A program made the translations under genes and the position numbers. Shown here one piece after another: positions 51,559 to 63,913 of a DNA stretch of 64,000 nucleotides (position 1 is its first letter; each line of letters starts with the position of its first letter). A model generated the notes under the pieces. It worked only from the letters and a program-made list of their open reading frames with translations. It was not told the DNA's origin and made no database searches. The DNA comes from Oculina patagonica (Eukaryota), in NCBI RefSeq assembly GCF_052425735.1, contig NC_135766.1, positions 6,324,001-6,388,000 on the forward strand, read 5' to 3'.

Positions 51559-52930
51559 TAGTTACTTTAAAGATATAATTCATGCCTGATCGACCTATAA
51601 CATCAACGCAGTATGATGGCGCTTCGCGTAAAATCCTAAAAGATGCCTTAATGGGATAAAAATATTGAAGCTCTATGCTGAACATCCTGAGTGGCACCAA
51701 AAAATTTGCAATTTAAGAACGAGACGACAAGCATTCTCGCCCCTTTCACAAAAGGGTACCGGTCCCCCCGGTTGTAAACTTCCTCAGAATACAAATCATT
51801 AAAGGAAACAGTCTTTCGATTTTTATTAACAGTATGCACACTTCAGTTTCAGAAAGCAGGAATTTACATTTGGAAAGAATTCAGTTGCAAAAAATAAATG
51901 ACAAAGGCAATTTTTTGTGTCATCTCCACTGAATAATTTACGTCTTGAAACTAAAAGGAAGGAACTTCTGACTGTTATTCAAAAAATAGCGCTGCATATG
52001 TTAAACGAGACGCGAAAAAGAAATTTAAGATTTGCTCTTCCCATTGATAACCTTGCAGTGATTGTGGTGGTGCGCAAAGACCGAAATTTATAATTGGGAA
52101 TCTAGATGATAATCTTAAAGTCATTATAATTACAAGACTAACAGTATGCGAGGAAAATGTTGTGAATAAGTTTATCGTCATTTTGGCTAACAAAGTCCAA
52201 CAAAAGAGTCTCGTTGGGGGGGGGGGGGGGGGTACTTAAAGGTCCAATGGTCCAAACGTCAAGGTTCAAATCCTAACCCTTTTATATACCATTTTTGACA
52301 GAAAAATAACCCTTCTTTTTACTTTCGATAGAAAATGGTGGTCTTTTGCATACCTACAGTAGGAATACTGATTCTATTTTCTTGAGTTATTAACCCCTTA
52401 AAATATTTAGGGTCTGTTCAAGATAATTTGAAAGGCCTAAATAAATAAATATCTACATGACAGTTTTCCTTACCCTTTTGCTGTAATACCTCCACCATGA
52501 AAAGTTACTCCTTTTGGGTGGAGCCTCCCCGTTTTGTGCATTATAGGGATTCCACCACCCCCCCCCCCTCCCCCAGCTTTTTACCCACAACTCTCACGCG
52601 CTCTATTTAAATTTGAATTGGATAGGCATCTTCGTGCAGGATAAAAGTTAACGCGCTTACATTTAATAACGATAAAGGTCCATACAAATCCACCCAAATC
52701 CAGAGTTGTCTGGGTTCCCCTTCCCCTTCCCTGCTGGCCAAAAGAAACGATGTAAATGAAAAGTAACATCACGTGTCATCCTCGTGCAAAAGTTATAAAG
52801 AGGATTGACAGGGGCGGGCGAAACAAAAGACTTTGCGTCGACCACGGTTTATCAGGGTGTGCCAACAATTTAGACTCGTCCATTTTAAAACATCTTCGGT
52901 GTATCACAGATCAATCAGACAGGCGTGAAC

Positions 52931-55266
52931 ATGGGTGACTTAATACCAAGCTACTCGCTTGAAAAGCGTGTGAAATGCCGCCACGGCTACTACCTTAAAG
53001 TCACTGAGAACGGAGTAGAGGGTAGCAGAGACGAAAACGATCTTTACAGTGAGTAAAAAAAATATTCCGCTATTTTAATTATTTTATGAATTTGTAAGAT
53101 AGAATAATATTGTAATTCAACCAAAAAACGCTTTAACCTTTTATCTCGATAGTAATCTACTTCTTATATCTCGAAACAATATCGATACGTTATTAAGAAA
53201 AAATATGTGATGGGAATATTGAAAATAAGTGAGGGCGGCATCTCTTCTTGATATATTGCCTAATTCTCAGAACTTACATTAAAGGAAATGTCAAACATTT
53301 CGTTAGGAGAATTAATATTTCGATGTGAAGAGGGAAATCTTTAAAAAGGCTGTCATTTGATCTGAAGAAGTCCTTTCATTCTAATTCTTATTATCAGATT
53401 ATCTATTATTATTCAAGGTTGATTTTTGAAATGTTTATAAACAGTTGTTTTTTATAAAACTGAGCCAAAACAGGTGGTATTATCTTGAAATTCGATAAAT
53501 TAACAAAAAGTTATTTGTAACAAAGGATTTAATAAATCCTGCACATTTGGAAAAGTAAGCTTTTTAAGTTTTTGCTACAAACGTCCGCGTGTTTCATTTT
53601 TAATTATGCCGCCTTCCAGTAGAATTTTTACTTTTCTATCACCTCTTTTAACATAGTACTTCATCAGTCTTTTCATTGCTTATGCATGTTTCAGTTTCAA
53701 AAAACCAAGTTTTGCTTGTGACAGAACCCAAATCCTAAATAACAAAAGACCAGTCTTTTTCATGTCATCTCTACTGCTTTATTCAAGTCTTGAAACTAAA
53801 AGGAAGGAACTTCTGGCTGTCATTCAAAAAATAGCATTGTCTGCGTTCAACAAGACATGAAAAAGAAAAACACGACGAAAAATAGCATTGTCTGCGTTCA
53901 ACAAGACATGAAAAAGAAAAACACGACGAAAAATAGCATTGTCTGCGTTCAACAAGACGTGAAAAAGAAAAACACGACCCATACTATGATCACATTAAAG
54001 CTGCCTTGGTTTTCTTCTCATATATTGTCGTACATTTTTAAGCCAATCATTCACTGTTAGTTTTGAAAATGCGTTGGTACATAGATCATAACCCCCCCCC
54101 CCCCCCCGAGTTAATGTCATCAAACTTCATCATAATACTTGAATTTAATAAAAGGTAGCCATGATATATTGCAATTCCTGAGCTTTGATTGTTTTTTTTT
54201 TTATTGTTTTTTGTTTGGTTTACTCCCCGTTATCCAATTCCACAAAATGACCTTAGAGCCGGAGATCTTGAGAAGTTTCATGTTTAAGATTGTTAAAGAT
54301 TTAAAACTCTTTAATCCCCAGTTCAAATATCTGGCACTTAACTACCTTAGTGCCTCTCTCTACCCAGGTGTATTATGAGTATTATGTAAATGAATTGTCG
54401 GCAAACTGATAAAAAGTTGAGGTTTTCTCCAGTCTTGTAAGAAACAGCGTTTTGTTTCCAGTGTCTTTTTAATTTGAATTTCTTGCTATTTACCTTTTCT
54501 TACTCTTAATAGCATATCTTGTAATGGATTCTATTGAAACAGCTGAGGTCATGATCAAAGGAAAAGTTACAGGAAAATACATTGCGATGAATGCAAAGGG
54601 GGAATTATATACCACAGTAAGTGATAAATATAATGTCTTTGTTGACTAGTTTTATTTGGACTAAACGGTAAACTGTGATGAACACGGGAGTGGGAGGGGG
54701 GGGGGGGGGGGGGTGGAGGTGACAGACACCGGCACCGGCCATAGCAGGAGGAGTGCTGTGCTGTTCAGTTTCGCAGTTTCGAATTCAGCGAGTGATCGAA
54801 TTCAGTTTCGAGTACAGTGACCAAAGGGGCTTTCGCTTTCTCGTTATTGTCATGTACAAGCTTGATTGGCGGCTTATATGGGAAAGAAAAGTTAACATAC
54901 ACAACCAGTATATAGGTACTTTAATCAATACCTCAACTCGAGATTTTGCACACAAAAAAAAAACAGCTCAACGAATTTTCTGCCTGCGTTTATTTTGGCC
55001 GTCTTGAAAATTATTCGCTTTATTACTACCTGAGTTTAACTGCACGCCATTGCTTACTATTAAGCTACTGTGTTTTTTTAATTCCACAGACCCGCCCATC
55101 TCGGCCAGAATGCGTCTTCAAAGAGATTTTTGAGACCAAATACAATTCTTATCGGTCCATGTTAAATCCTGACTGGTATCTAGCGCTGACAAAAGAAGGC
55201 GAGGCGAAGTCTGGGCCCAAAACTAAACGTGGACAGAGGGCTGCAAGTTTCTTAACACAACCTTAA
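52931..55266 (+). CDS. FGF-like protein 'b' (FGF1/2-like, no signal peptide), 132 aa, exons 52931-53048, 54513-54616, 55090-55266
   Basis: Spliced product MGDLIPSYSLEKRVKCRHGYYLKVTENGVEGSRDENDLY|TYLVMDSIETAEVMIKGKVTGKYIAMNAKGELYTT|TRPSRPECVFKEIFETKYNSYRSMLNPDWYLALTKEGEAKSGPKTKRGQRAASFLTQP. Same intron phases and 104-nt middle exon as FGF-a. Confidence 0.92.
53826..53977. repeat. 51-bp tandem repeat x3 in FGF-b intron 1
   Basis: aaaaatagcattgtctgcgttcaacaagacRtgaaaaagaaaaacacgacg repeated three times, nearly identical. Confidence 0.95.
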
Positions 55267-56675
55267 CGGAGAAAGTCATTAACCTAAGGGACGAACCATT
55301 AGATATAACCGGAGTGAGGGGGGTAAAAAATTTTCGGTGCACGATTTTTTTTACAGCTTACTTGGCTGCAAGAATTTTTTCTGGGGGACATGCAAGCTTT
55401 GCACGAATTTTTTTTTCGCCTACCAAATTTTTTTTGGTAACAAATCTAACATTTACGTGAGAATTATTATTAATATCATTTGATATTATTTTATTATTTC
55501 ATTTCTCAGATACGTTCTCTGGATTAAGCGGCATTTTATAATTAAAGTTTAAGTCATAACTTTGTTATAAAGAAAAAAGGATTGTGGCACATTCATAGCA
55601 TTACTGTTAATGTAGTAGACAGGTTACCAGCGACTCAACAACTAATGCTGACGGCATAACGAGAAAACTCTCAATGGTATTTTCGAAGTATTTTCCAACA
55701 ACAGAATCATGTTAAATAATTAACAATTGGTTTTCTTTTTGTCCTGTGTCTGTTTAGTAATAGATCACAAAAGTTGTCAAAATGTGGTATTGATGAGCAC
55801 TGAAAAATGTCACATAAAATGCTGTAGGCGTCAGTCACACTTTTGACATGTTTTGTGATCAATTACAGAAAAGATCGGCACAAGGCAAAAAAGTATCTAT
55901 TTATATTATGCAACTAACAGAAAAGAAAATCAAACTTGCCTTGTAGAGATTGGCCTGTCGAAGCTCTGTTCCAGTTTAGGCATTTTCCAAGTCCCCTGTG
56001 ACGTTTAGTTTTGGATTATTCTTTTCTGCTTTACTTTTACTTGTTAAAAGTACTTACTTTTTCAACAACTTCATGAACAAAATTATGATGTTAATATGGT
56101 TAAAAAATATATCAGTTATTATTTATTAAACTTGATTTTCTATCTAAAATATATTTAAATTCAAGGCAGATAGGAGATATTTTATAGTATAATTTTTGTT
56201 AATTTTAAATATCAGGGAAAATGTGTGATCGAACAGAAAGCAAGATATCACCATTTTTAATATGTTTTGTTGTATAAACAAAAAAGTGTTAAGTGTTACA
56301 ATAAACTTCCTTTAACTTTTTTTCTTTTACGTTGCCCTTTAATGCTATGCATGTCACTTCCGTTGCACGAATTTTTTTAGGCATAACTGCTTGAACCCAG
56401 AACTCAATCTAGAATCCAACGGTTACCTTGTTTCACAATTTACATTATCATCCAGATGAGATTATCAGAATGACCCAGCAACATTTATTAAACACCCCAT
56501 CTTCGAGCGACTGCGTTGGAAAAAAAGTAATCGACAAAAAAAGATAACTGACCGAGTCAGGAATAGATTAAAATGCTTCAAACAATCACAACGTAGATTT
56601 AATTCATTTTACCGCAGCATATCAGATTTCACAAAGTTGATAAATGATTTTCCCTAATAAATATCACGATGACAA

Positions 56676-59006
56676 TCAGTATTCATCTTCATCCTCTTGG
56701 GCTGAAGTAGCTGTGGAAAATGACATAAAGTATCAGCTATGATATGATGGTTTTTTACATTAATATTTTGCCAAAGTATTGAAACAAGTTTATTAAAAGA
56801 CAGATAAAGTTGGAGTCAAACGTTCTATGTGTCCAAGAACTAGGCATAATTATATCCAAATGTTTTTTAGCTGAGCGTTTCTTCTTTTTCGTTTCTCTTG
56901 CATTAAAAACACCAAAAACCCAGAGATTTTGGAGTGAATGGAAAAAAATAAATAAATAAATTGCCCGAATTTAACTCTGCATTGTTTATTGCAACCAAGT
57001 TACAACAATGTTTGGAAAACTAAGGCCCGATTCAGACTCCGAACTTTTCATGCGCTGAACTAAATTCGAATTTGGACTGACCCAAAATTAATAAAAGTAC
57101 ACCTGTTGGTCCTGTTTATTCAGACGTCAAACGAAATAAGCCGTTCTGCAGCCGTTCCTAAAACATTTGTTGGTAAACACTCGCCACGACTCATGCATGC
57201 TCTCTGATTTCAACTGCTTGCAAAATGCATTAAATTAATTTATGCATTAGCATCGGCGCATGAAAAGTTCGGCGTCTGAACCAAGTAGAAATTCCTAAGC
57301 CAGGCGAGAAGAATTGGACTTACGCCCGATTAATAACAGTTTTCCCTACCCTTTCGTTTACGCCAACTCGTGAACTACCTGCCCTTTTTATATACGAAGA
57401 GCCTGAAAAACGTTATCATTTCGGGCGCAGTCTCCCCAAGTAGTACACTATAGGGAGTTTACCCCGGGTACCCTCCCCCACAGGCCTATTGTTAAGAAAC
57501 AATACCTATTAGGGCAGCTTCGCGAATCTGGCCTAAACATCCGTCACGGTTATAGTTCTTGTTAAATAAAACATTAAATTAAAGAAAGCGATAGATTCTT
57601 TTGAACAAAAAATATTTTAAAAAGCACATGGAAGTGCATCGTACTTTTTCAATTTCCGTTTGCCTTTTTCATCCTCTTACCTTTGGGCAACTCACAAACA
57701 AAAGCTCTACGGTGGTAATTTGCAAGATCATTTAATAGGCCTTGTGATGTCGGCGGGTAATCCTTTGAAATCACTGCTTTTGGTCCGTCACCAGATGGCT
57801 GCCCTTCTTGCCATTTGTTGATCGTTAGAGGTCTTCCATTTACCCACTTCCAAACGCTTCCCACCTTGTTCAAGCCTACGTGCCATTCGTTGGGTACTCC
57901 AATGCAAAGCTTTTGAATCTCGCCATTGATGTACTGCCATTCGTCTTCGGTTTCTATGGAAACAAGATCGCCTCCTTTACCTTGGCAGGTGACTCGGTTC
58001 TCAGACCATGTTTTGCCTGATTCTGCGTCTGAGAACGTGTAGCAAGAGTTACCAAAGCATTTATCTGTGCTTCCTGTGGAGCAGATCAGAAGTAGATTAA
58101 TCTTGATATACGATATGTTTAGTTTTAAAAGTTCAGTAAATAAATAAATCGTCTTTATTTTACGATGGTAGCACTTAAAAGTCATTGCGACTAACAAACC
58201 TGTGACCCTCGGATTCCCGATCGAATTGGAATTTAGAAGTTTTTTTTTCAGTTTGTTTTGGTAAAAAGCTTCCTTTGAGCATAATAAATCCAACAACGTT
58301 TATCTATAGAGGCTCAAAACGGTTTCCAGCTCTTATACCTTAACGATTTCATGAGGAGAAAATTGTATTTCAGGGATTTATGTAAAATATTTTGTAATCG
58401 AAAAGACACTACAGCCATAATCAATAACGAAGCTTGATTTACAGATCTAGGGTGGTCTTATGGACACTTTATCTCCGGCAACGAGTTCGGTGGCCCACAA
58501 TTTTTTTTTAATTTTTGGCATTAGTAACTCATAATCTCAAAGTGGTGATAGTTTTAAAAAAAAGTCAATGTGGGAAGGTTTTCTCGCGAACGTCCTTAAA
58601 TGCACGGATTCCAATAAGTTAAATCTTATAGATGTAAACTTTTGCAAATGTCAGATTGTGTGTAAAAGTGGTCAACGAAGGTTAAACACGTTTGAATTCG
58701 AAGTTGTTTAGGAGTCCGAAAAGTACATTTAACTAAACGTCGCGTTATTCGCACACAACGCAGAAATAAAACGCGTCGAACCGCAGAACTGGACAAATGA
58801 AGTAATTGTTAAAAAGGATAGGTAAGGATTTGTATTAAGCGAAAGTGGACGTTCGTGAAAAAAAAAATGAATACATATAAAATGGGAAGATAAGTACAAA
58901 AAAGATAAATATACTTCATTCTCGAACAACATTTCTTACCACTGGCAAGTCCTTGAATGCAAAGGAATATGAAGCCTATCGCTGCTAAAAAACACAACTG
59001 CGCCAT
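56676..59006 (-). CDS. Secreted single-domain C-type lectin, about 164 aa, exons 59006-58940, 58073-57681, 56710-56676
   Basis: Signal-peptide exon (MAQLCFLAAIGFIFLCIQGLAS, phase 1). CTLD exon with CFGNSCY, TWSENRVTC..GGDLVSIE..EW, WHVGL, WKWVNG, WQEGQPSGDG, LND, FVCE. Short last exon ATSAQEDEDEY* after a ttttccacag acceptor; this last exon is less certain. Confidence 0.88.
57021..57282. mobile_element. MITE with ~30-bp inverted ends (Harbinger-like) in lectin intron 2
   Basis: ttcagactccgaacttttcatgcgc versus gcgcatgaaaagttcggcgtctgaa. Confidence 0.65.
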
Positions 59007-59894
59007 GGTGTCCCAGAGAATTTGTAAATGAAGTCGGCGAAATATCTTTTGATGTAAGAAAGAAAGAAATGTGTGTGGTCACCAGGGATTTTGGCTGCCA
59101 TAAATGATGTACGCGTTTAAGCAGGAAACCTATTATTAGAAGATACGGTTCAAGGCACTTAGTAATTTGAGTAAGGCAAAGTTCTTGCCGCTCTTAGGTC
59201 ATGTTCCATTGAGATGAAACATTTCAAACGCAACCTGCTTTGCTGGATTTCGTTAGTGTCCCAGTTGAACAATTTGAAGGACTGTTGAAGCAGTAAATAA
59301 CTGTAAGGCTATTTTCTTATGGCACAAACCATTTCCGGTGAATGCGTTTTTTCGTGATCTACTGAAAAAAGTTTTTCATTGTTTGGTTAAAACGATTTAA
59401 TATTTAATTTTGATCAGCCGTTTCAAAAGAGGTTTGTGCTAATCGTAAAACCGGTCAACCAAACTCCCCGAAAATGGTATTTTTCCAATAGAACAGGATT
59501 AAATCTCATGCACTCAACCAACCTGAAACGATTGATCTCAATACAGTGAATGTTCTTTTGTAAAACTCATTTCGATATGAAAGGTTTTGCACCGGGACTT
59601 GTTTTAAAACAGAGGAAATAGGCATTTTGAAATTGCCTATTAGGCGAGCAATCACTCATTCACTAATTCTTTTTACTGAAAGCATCGCTTGCTTGCTTTT
59701 TTGCCTATAAGATAGCGTAACGATGAATATCATAATTTTGAAGGTGTGTTATTATATTGTATAAGGAAGAAACAGATTGTGCTTACTTCTTTTTAATTTT
59801 TTCCGTTTATTTGGGATTTCCTATATCAACGCCAGAAAAGGTTGCTAGAGAAACTACTGACAATATATTTGTGTGTCTCTGATAGAACACAAAA

Positions 59895-60055
59895 ACCCTT
59901 TGCATAAATGGCGTCTTCATTTGAATAACAATACATATACATCCTAAGCCTCACTTTCACGTAAAAAATCCTTTGTCTATAAACATCCACATGAGGCTAA
60001 GGGTGTACTAAGTATTGATATGCAAATTTGGGCGCCATTTATGCAAAAGATCTAT
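59895..60055. mobile_element. Short MITE
   Basis: Inverted ends tttgcataaatggcg / cgccatttatgcaaa. Confidence 0.55.
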
Positions 60056-62096
60056 ATTGCAAAACACGTCCCATTTGGTTGTAGATCATGAACCCTTTAC
60101 AGTGCGACAAACCTTCAAGTTTTACCATTCAAGGCCTTTTATAAGTAAACATATACCAGAACACGAGGGGAAAACATTAGTAGCTTCCAGTAAAATACCA
60201 GCTGAAATACGTCGCACTCTATTTTTCTGTCAGTTTATCGATTTCCACAGTGTTTTTCTAACTGGAAGTTCATTATGTAAACTAACACACTCAAGCGAAA
60301 CAAAGCAAAAAGAAAGGCTTAAATTGGGCTTACACTACCTTTGAAGATATATTGCTACTTTAACAGGTAAATGTCATAGAGTCCTTTAAAGACCACCTAG
60401 CACTTTTTTTCGAAATGAATACCTACATTTTGAGTTTCCAAAGTCTCTGGTTACCACAAATATTCGTCTTCCTGGCTGTAGAAAGAGCAACGGTTATTAA
60501 ATCAAGCTTTCCAAGAAAGAAACTTGGCGCAATGGTGTTTTATTCCGTCTAGTTTGATCTTTCTTTGTATGACTGGACTTGTTCAGGGTAAGAAAACTTG
60601 AAATAGAAAAGGAGAAATGATACATGCTGGTGTAAAGTTATCATGTTTACATACCTTTATTGTATTTAAACCGCTCAATTTATAGTTATCCTTCAAAGAT
60701 ACCCTTCTTTAGTTTTCACAATCCCTAATCGCATTGCTTTGTTATGCTGACATAGTATTATTACATATTGCAATATCGGCGGATTACACGCTATATCCCA
60801 TATGGTTTATTTTAGAGCCACGTAAAAAAGGGGAGGTTCTGACTAGAATTTGTCATTTTGGCAAGACTCTGTTCACCTCTGTTATTCATGCAACGCGGAT
60901 AAATTTTTACATAGTTGGTCACTCGTACGACCAACTTGTTTGCAAATTATTCTTAAAATAACAATATATTAAAACCTATTAAAACAGTTATTTAAAACCT
61001 TTAAGGCATCGAAGGCTCGTGCATTCAAGAAATCGAAAAAAGAAAAACTAATATTCATTTAAGCAAAAGTTCTAGCCAGACTGCTCGCTAGATTATAAAA
61101 AAAATTCGAAATGCCAGTTTTAAATCTTGAGATCTTTTAAAAGCTTTCTTTTCACGAACGCCCAACATCCCAGATTCTCCCCGAAACAGTGTTGCGAAAA
61201 TTTGAGAGCTAGCTTATTTTTTCTGAAAAAATAAAATAAAAAATACTGCCTTCAGTGTTCGTCAAATATTCTTGCCACACAAAATCAGTCAACACGCGAT
61301 GCACGTTTCTGCTCTGCTGAACCGAGACACCAAATAACAGGTTCATCTCTTGTCTTAGAATCTCAAAGCCCACTTCAGTTTCATTATTTATGCGACAAGG
61401 AAATCTCTAGTAAACATATCTATTGTTATATTGGTTGTAAAAAGGAAATTTTGTGGTAATTTTTTAGCATAGTCACCGATCTTAGGTTAGATAAGGAACA
61501 AGAATATTGTGTGTTCTACCTTTCTTTATGATCAAGCTTGCTTAGGGGAAGTAAAAAAAGGGATGAGAACAAATTCGTTAAACTTTACAACACAGTTTAT
61601 TACATTTAATCACAACTATTCGAGGTTGACAATTTTATGAGGGATTTAATTGTTGTTAGTCACCTTCCTTGAATTGTGCTTTAGTCAAGTTCTGCCGAGC
61701 TTATTTATTTTAAAATATGATCCGAAGTTTTATAACCTGTATTTTTCATCGTAGCAGCGCATTTTAAAACTGCCGAAACTTTGAAATGGATGCAAACGTA
61801 ATTTTGAACGTATTAGCCAATTTTTTAATTGCAAAGCAGCAGTGTATTAACTCGCTGCTGTTAGAAAAAGTATTTTATTTCTCAGAAGTTTTCTTCGACC
61901 TCTAAATACTCAAAACGTTATGATATAATTCACTCGCTGCCCAACCGTATCACCCACTTCAGGTTCATTTCTGGTGGCCACTTAGCATTTCTATTCTCCA
62001 CACCGCTTGCATTATTTATTAACCTGCGATCTATTTTGTAACCACATATAGAAAAAGAAACACTTTTAGATCTCTAGCACAAATTGTTCGGAGACC

Positions 62097-62163
62097 ATGG
62101 CGCGTTGGTGTTTTACAGTTGCGATAGGTTTCATCCTCCTTTGTATTCAAGAATTTTCTTATG
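62097..62163 (+). CDS. First (signal-peptide) exon of a paralogue of the C-type lectin; remainder presumably beyond the window
   Basis: MARWCFTVAIGFILLCIQEFSY G|gtaag has the same 67-nt length and phase-1 donor as lectin exon 1 and strong similarity to it (MAxxCFxxAIGFIxLCIQ). Similar 5'UTR (acaaatt....g.gac(a)ccATG) and a TATA-like tatata at about 62046. Confidence 0.75.
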
Positions 62164-63045
62164 GTAAGTCATACTTACAGGCAACGCTTAATACCTTTTT
62201 TTTAATCGTCATACCTTTTTTAAAAAAAAGTATAAGGGTTAGATTATTTTGCAATACTATGCTAGTCTCGACACTGTAAATGCTTGTTCTTGTTCATCAG
62301 TCCTCCCACAAAAAGTATTCGTTTTCAGTTTAATCCGCTATTAAATGGTGCTTTTCGTAGTTATCTTAAAGGCTTATATATCATCAGAGAGACATAAGTC
62401 ACTGTCAAACGAACAAAAATATTAAGAAGATGCGATTTCATTTCACAATTTCTACACAGGGTTCAATTGCAAAGTATGTAAGGCGGGTTATGGTCTTGAT
62501 TTTTCGATACACAGTAATTGTTAAATTGAATAGAACTGAACATTTTGAATAGGCTAATGATATTTTGAACGCCGACAAAATTACTTCGACCGCTAAGGCC
62601 GTGCCTTTTTTTTCTCCGTTACTGTCGAATGCGTTTCCTAATTTTTGGGTCAGTCGGTCGGATAAAAAAAAAATATCAGGAGCAAACTGAAACTAAAAAT
62701 CAACATGGCGGCAATGGAAGGGGTCATGAACGGTCCATCAAAAGTTTGCAATGCTCGCAAAATTTGAGTTAGTGCTCATTTGTTCTTGGTCGCAAATTTT
62801 TACACGTGCTTGCATTCTCGGTTTTTAGTGGAGGTAACTTTTTCGATACCCCTTATTTAAAATTATCGTTTAAATTTTACAGAGCATGCATGCGACGCTC
62901 TTCGCTCAGAGCTTAGTTCAAGGTCCACCTAATCATGAAAATGTAAGGTCCGTTCGCTTGACAATCTTACTTACTTTATGTGAGAATGCTGGCTTCGCTT
63001 GTCATCCGAGCAAATGGCCTAAAATTCATATCTCTTAGTCTAATT

Positions 63046-63913
63046 TCATCCAAACGAACAACGCAAATCTATATGATTCAAACAGGAACCTGGCTGCGTT
63101 GTTATTTCGCTGCTGCGGCCTATTATTGGCTCACTGCTGTTATGAGCAATATTTTCCTGCACGGTTTCAATGCCCAGTTCAACTTTCTCAAGTCCTACTT
63201 GATACTGTGGTTGCTTCTCTGTCATTTTGGATGTGCTTTGTTCCGATTGGAGGACAAAGTTCTCGTTCTGAGCAGTTTCAGGGCTTTTCAAATCAATACC
63301 AGCGCATGAAGCGAGGACTAGTCTGTTTTTAGCGTGGGCTGGATTTCTTCCCTCGCCATGTTCTTCCTCTGTGTTTTTGGAGATGCTGTTGAGTGCATTT
63401 GAGGAGACAGGCTCGTTCTGTGTAGCGAGGGTGGTGTTGTCACCGACATTAGCGCCAGTAAAGACTTCAGGATTATCTTCAAGGTTGTTTTTAGCGCCGG
63501 TGGGCTGCCAAGTTTCCTCCCTCTCCATGTTCTTCTTCTGTCTTTTTAGATGTGCCATTGGGTGCATTTGAGGGGACAGGCTCGTTCTGTGTAGCGAGGG
63601 TAGTGTTATCATCGACATTAGCGCCAGTAGCGAGGACTTCAGAATTATCTTCTTGGTTGTCGTTAGCGTGGGCTGCATTTCTTTCCTCAGCATTCTGTTC
63701 CTGTCCTTCGCCTTCTTGTCGATTTTGCGGCCTCACAGCATTGTTTGTTAATCCAAACAGTCTCATTTCAAATTCTTGAGCTTCTTGAAAACTTTTTCTT
63801 AAAAGCAACTCGATTAATGCAATTCGAAACTCCCTTTTTCGTACAGTGTAAATGACTGGATTAAGAGCTGAATTGATACTCGACAGCAGCAGAGCTAGAT
63901 GACGAACTATTAA
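63046..63913 (-). pseudogene. 3' remnant of a rhodopsin-class (class A) GPCR: TM7, helix 8 and repeat-containing tail, apparently disrupted
   Basis: Minus frame LIVRHLALLLSSINSALNPVIYTVRKREFRIALIELLLRK shows NPxxY plus helix 8. The tail has a ~165-169-bp tandem duplication with a frameshift near 63496-63499. The frame is closed upstream by a stop just inside a TTAA-CCCTT sequence. Confidence 0.75.

Noticed and set aside
53857-54060. ORF with MKKKNTTKNSIVCVQQD repeats
   Set aside because: By-product of a 51-bp intronic tandem repeat.
55286-56390. Possible Harbinger-like element beginning taagggacgaaccattaga just after FGF-b
   Set aside because: No matching right TIR or TSD found, so boundaries are unsupported.
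57649-58296. 215-aa ORF as a complete protein
   Set aside because: Only 58073-57681 is exon; the flanking residues are intron read-through.
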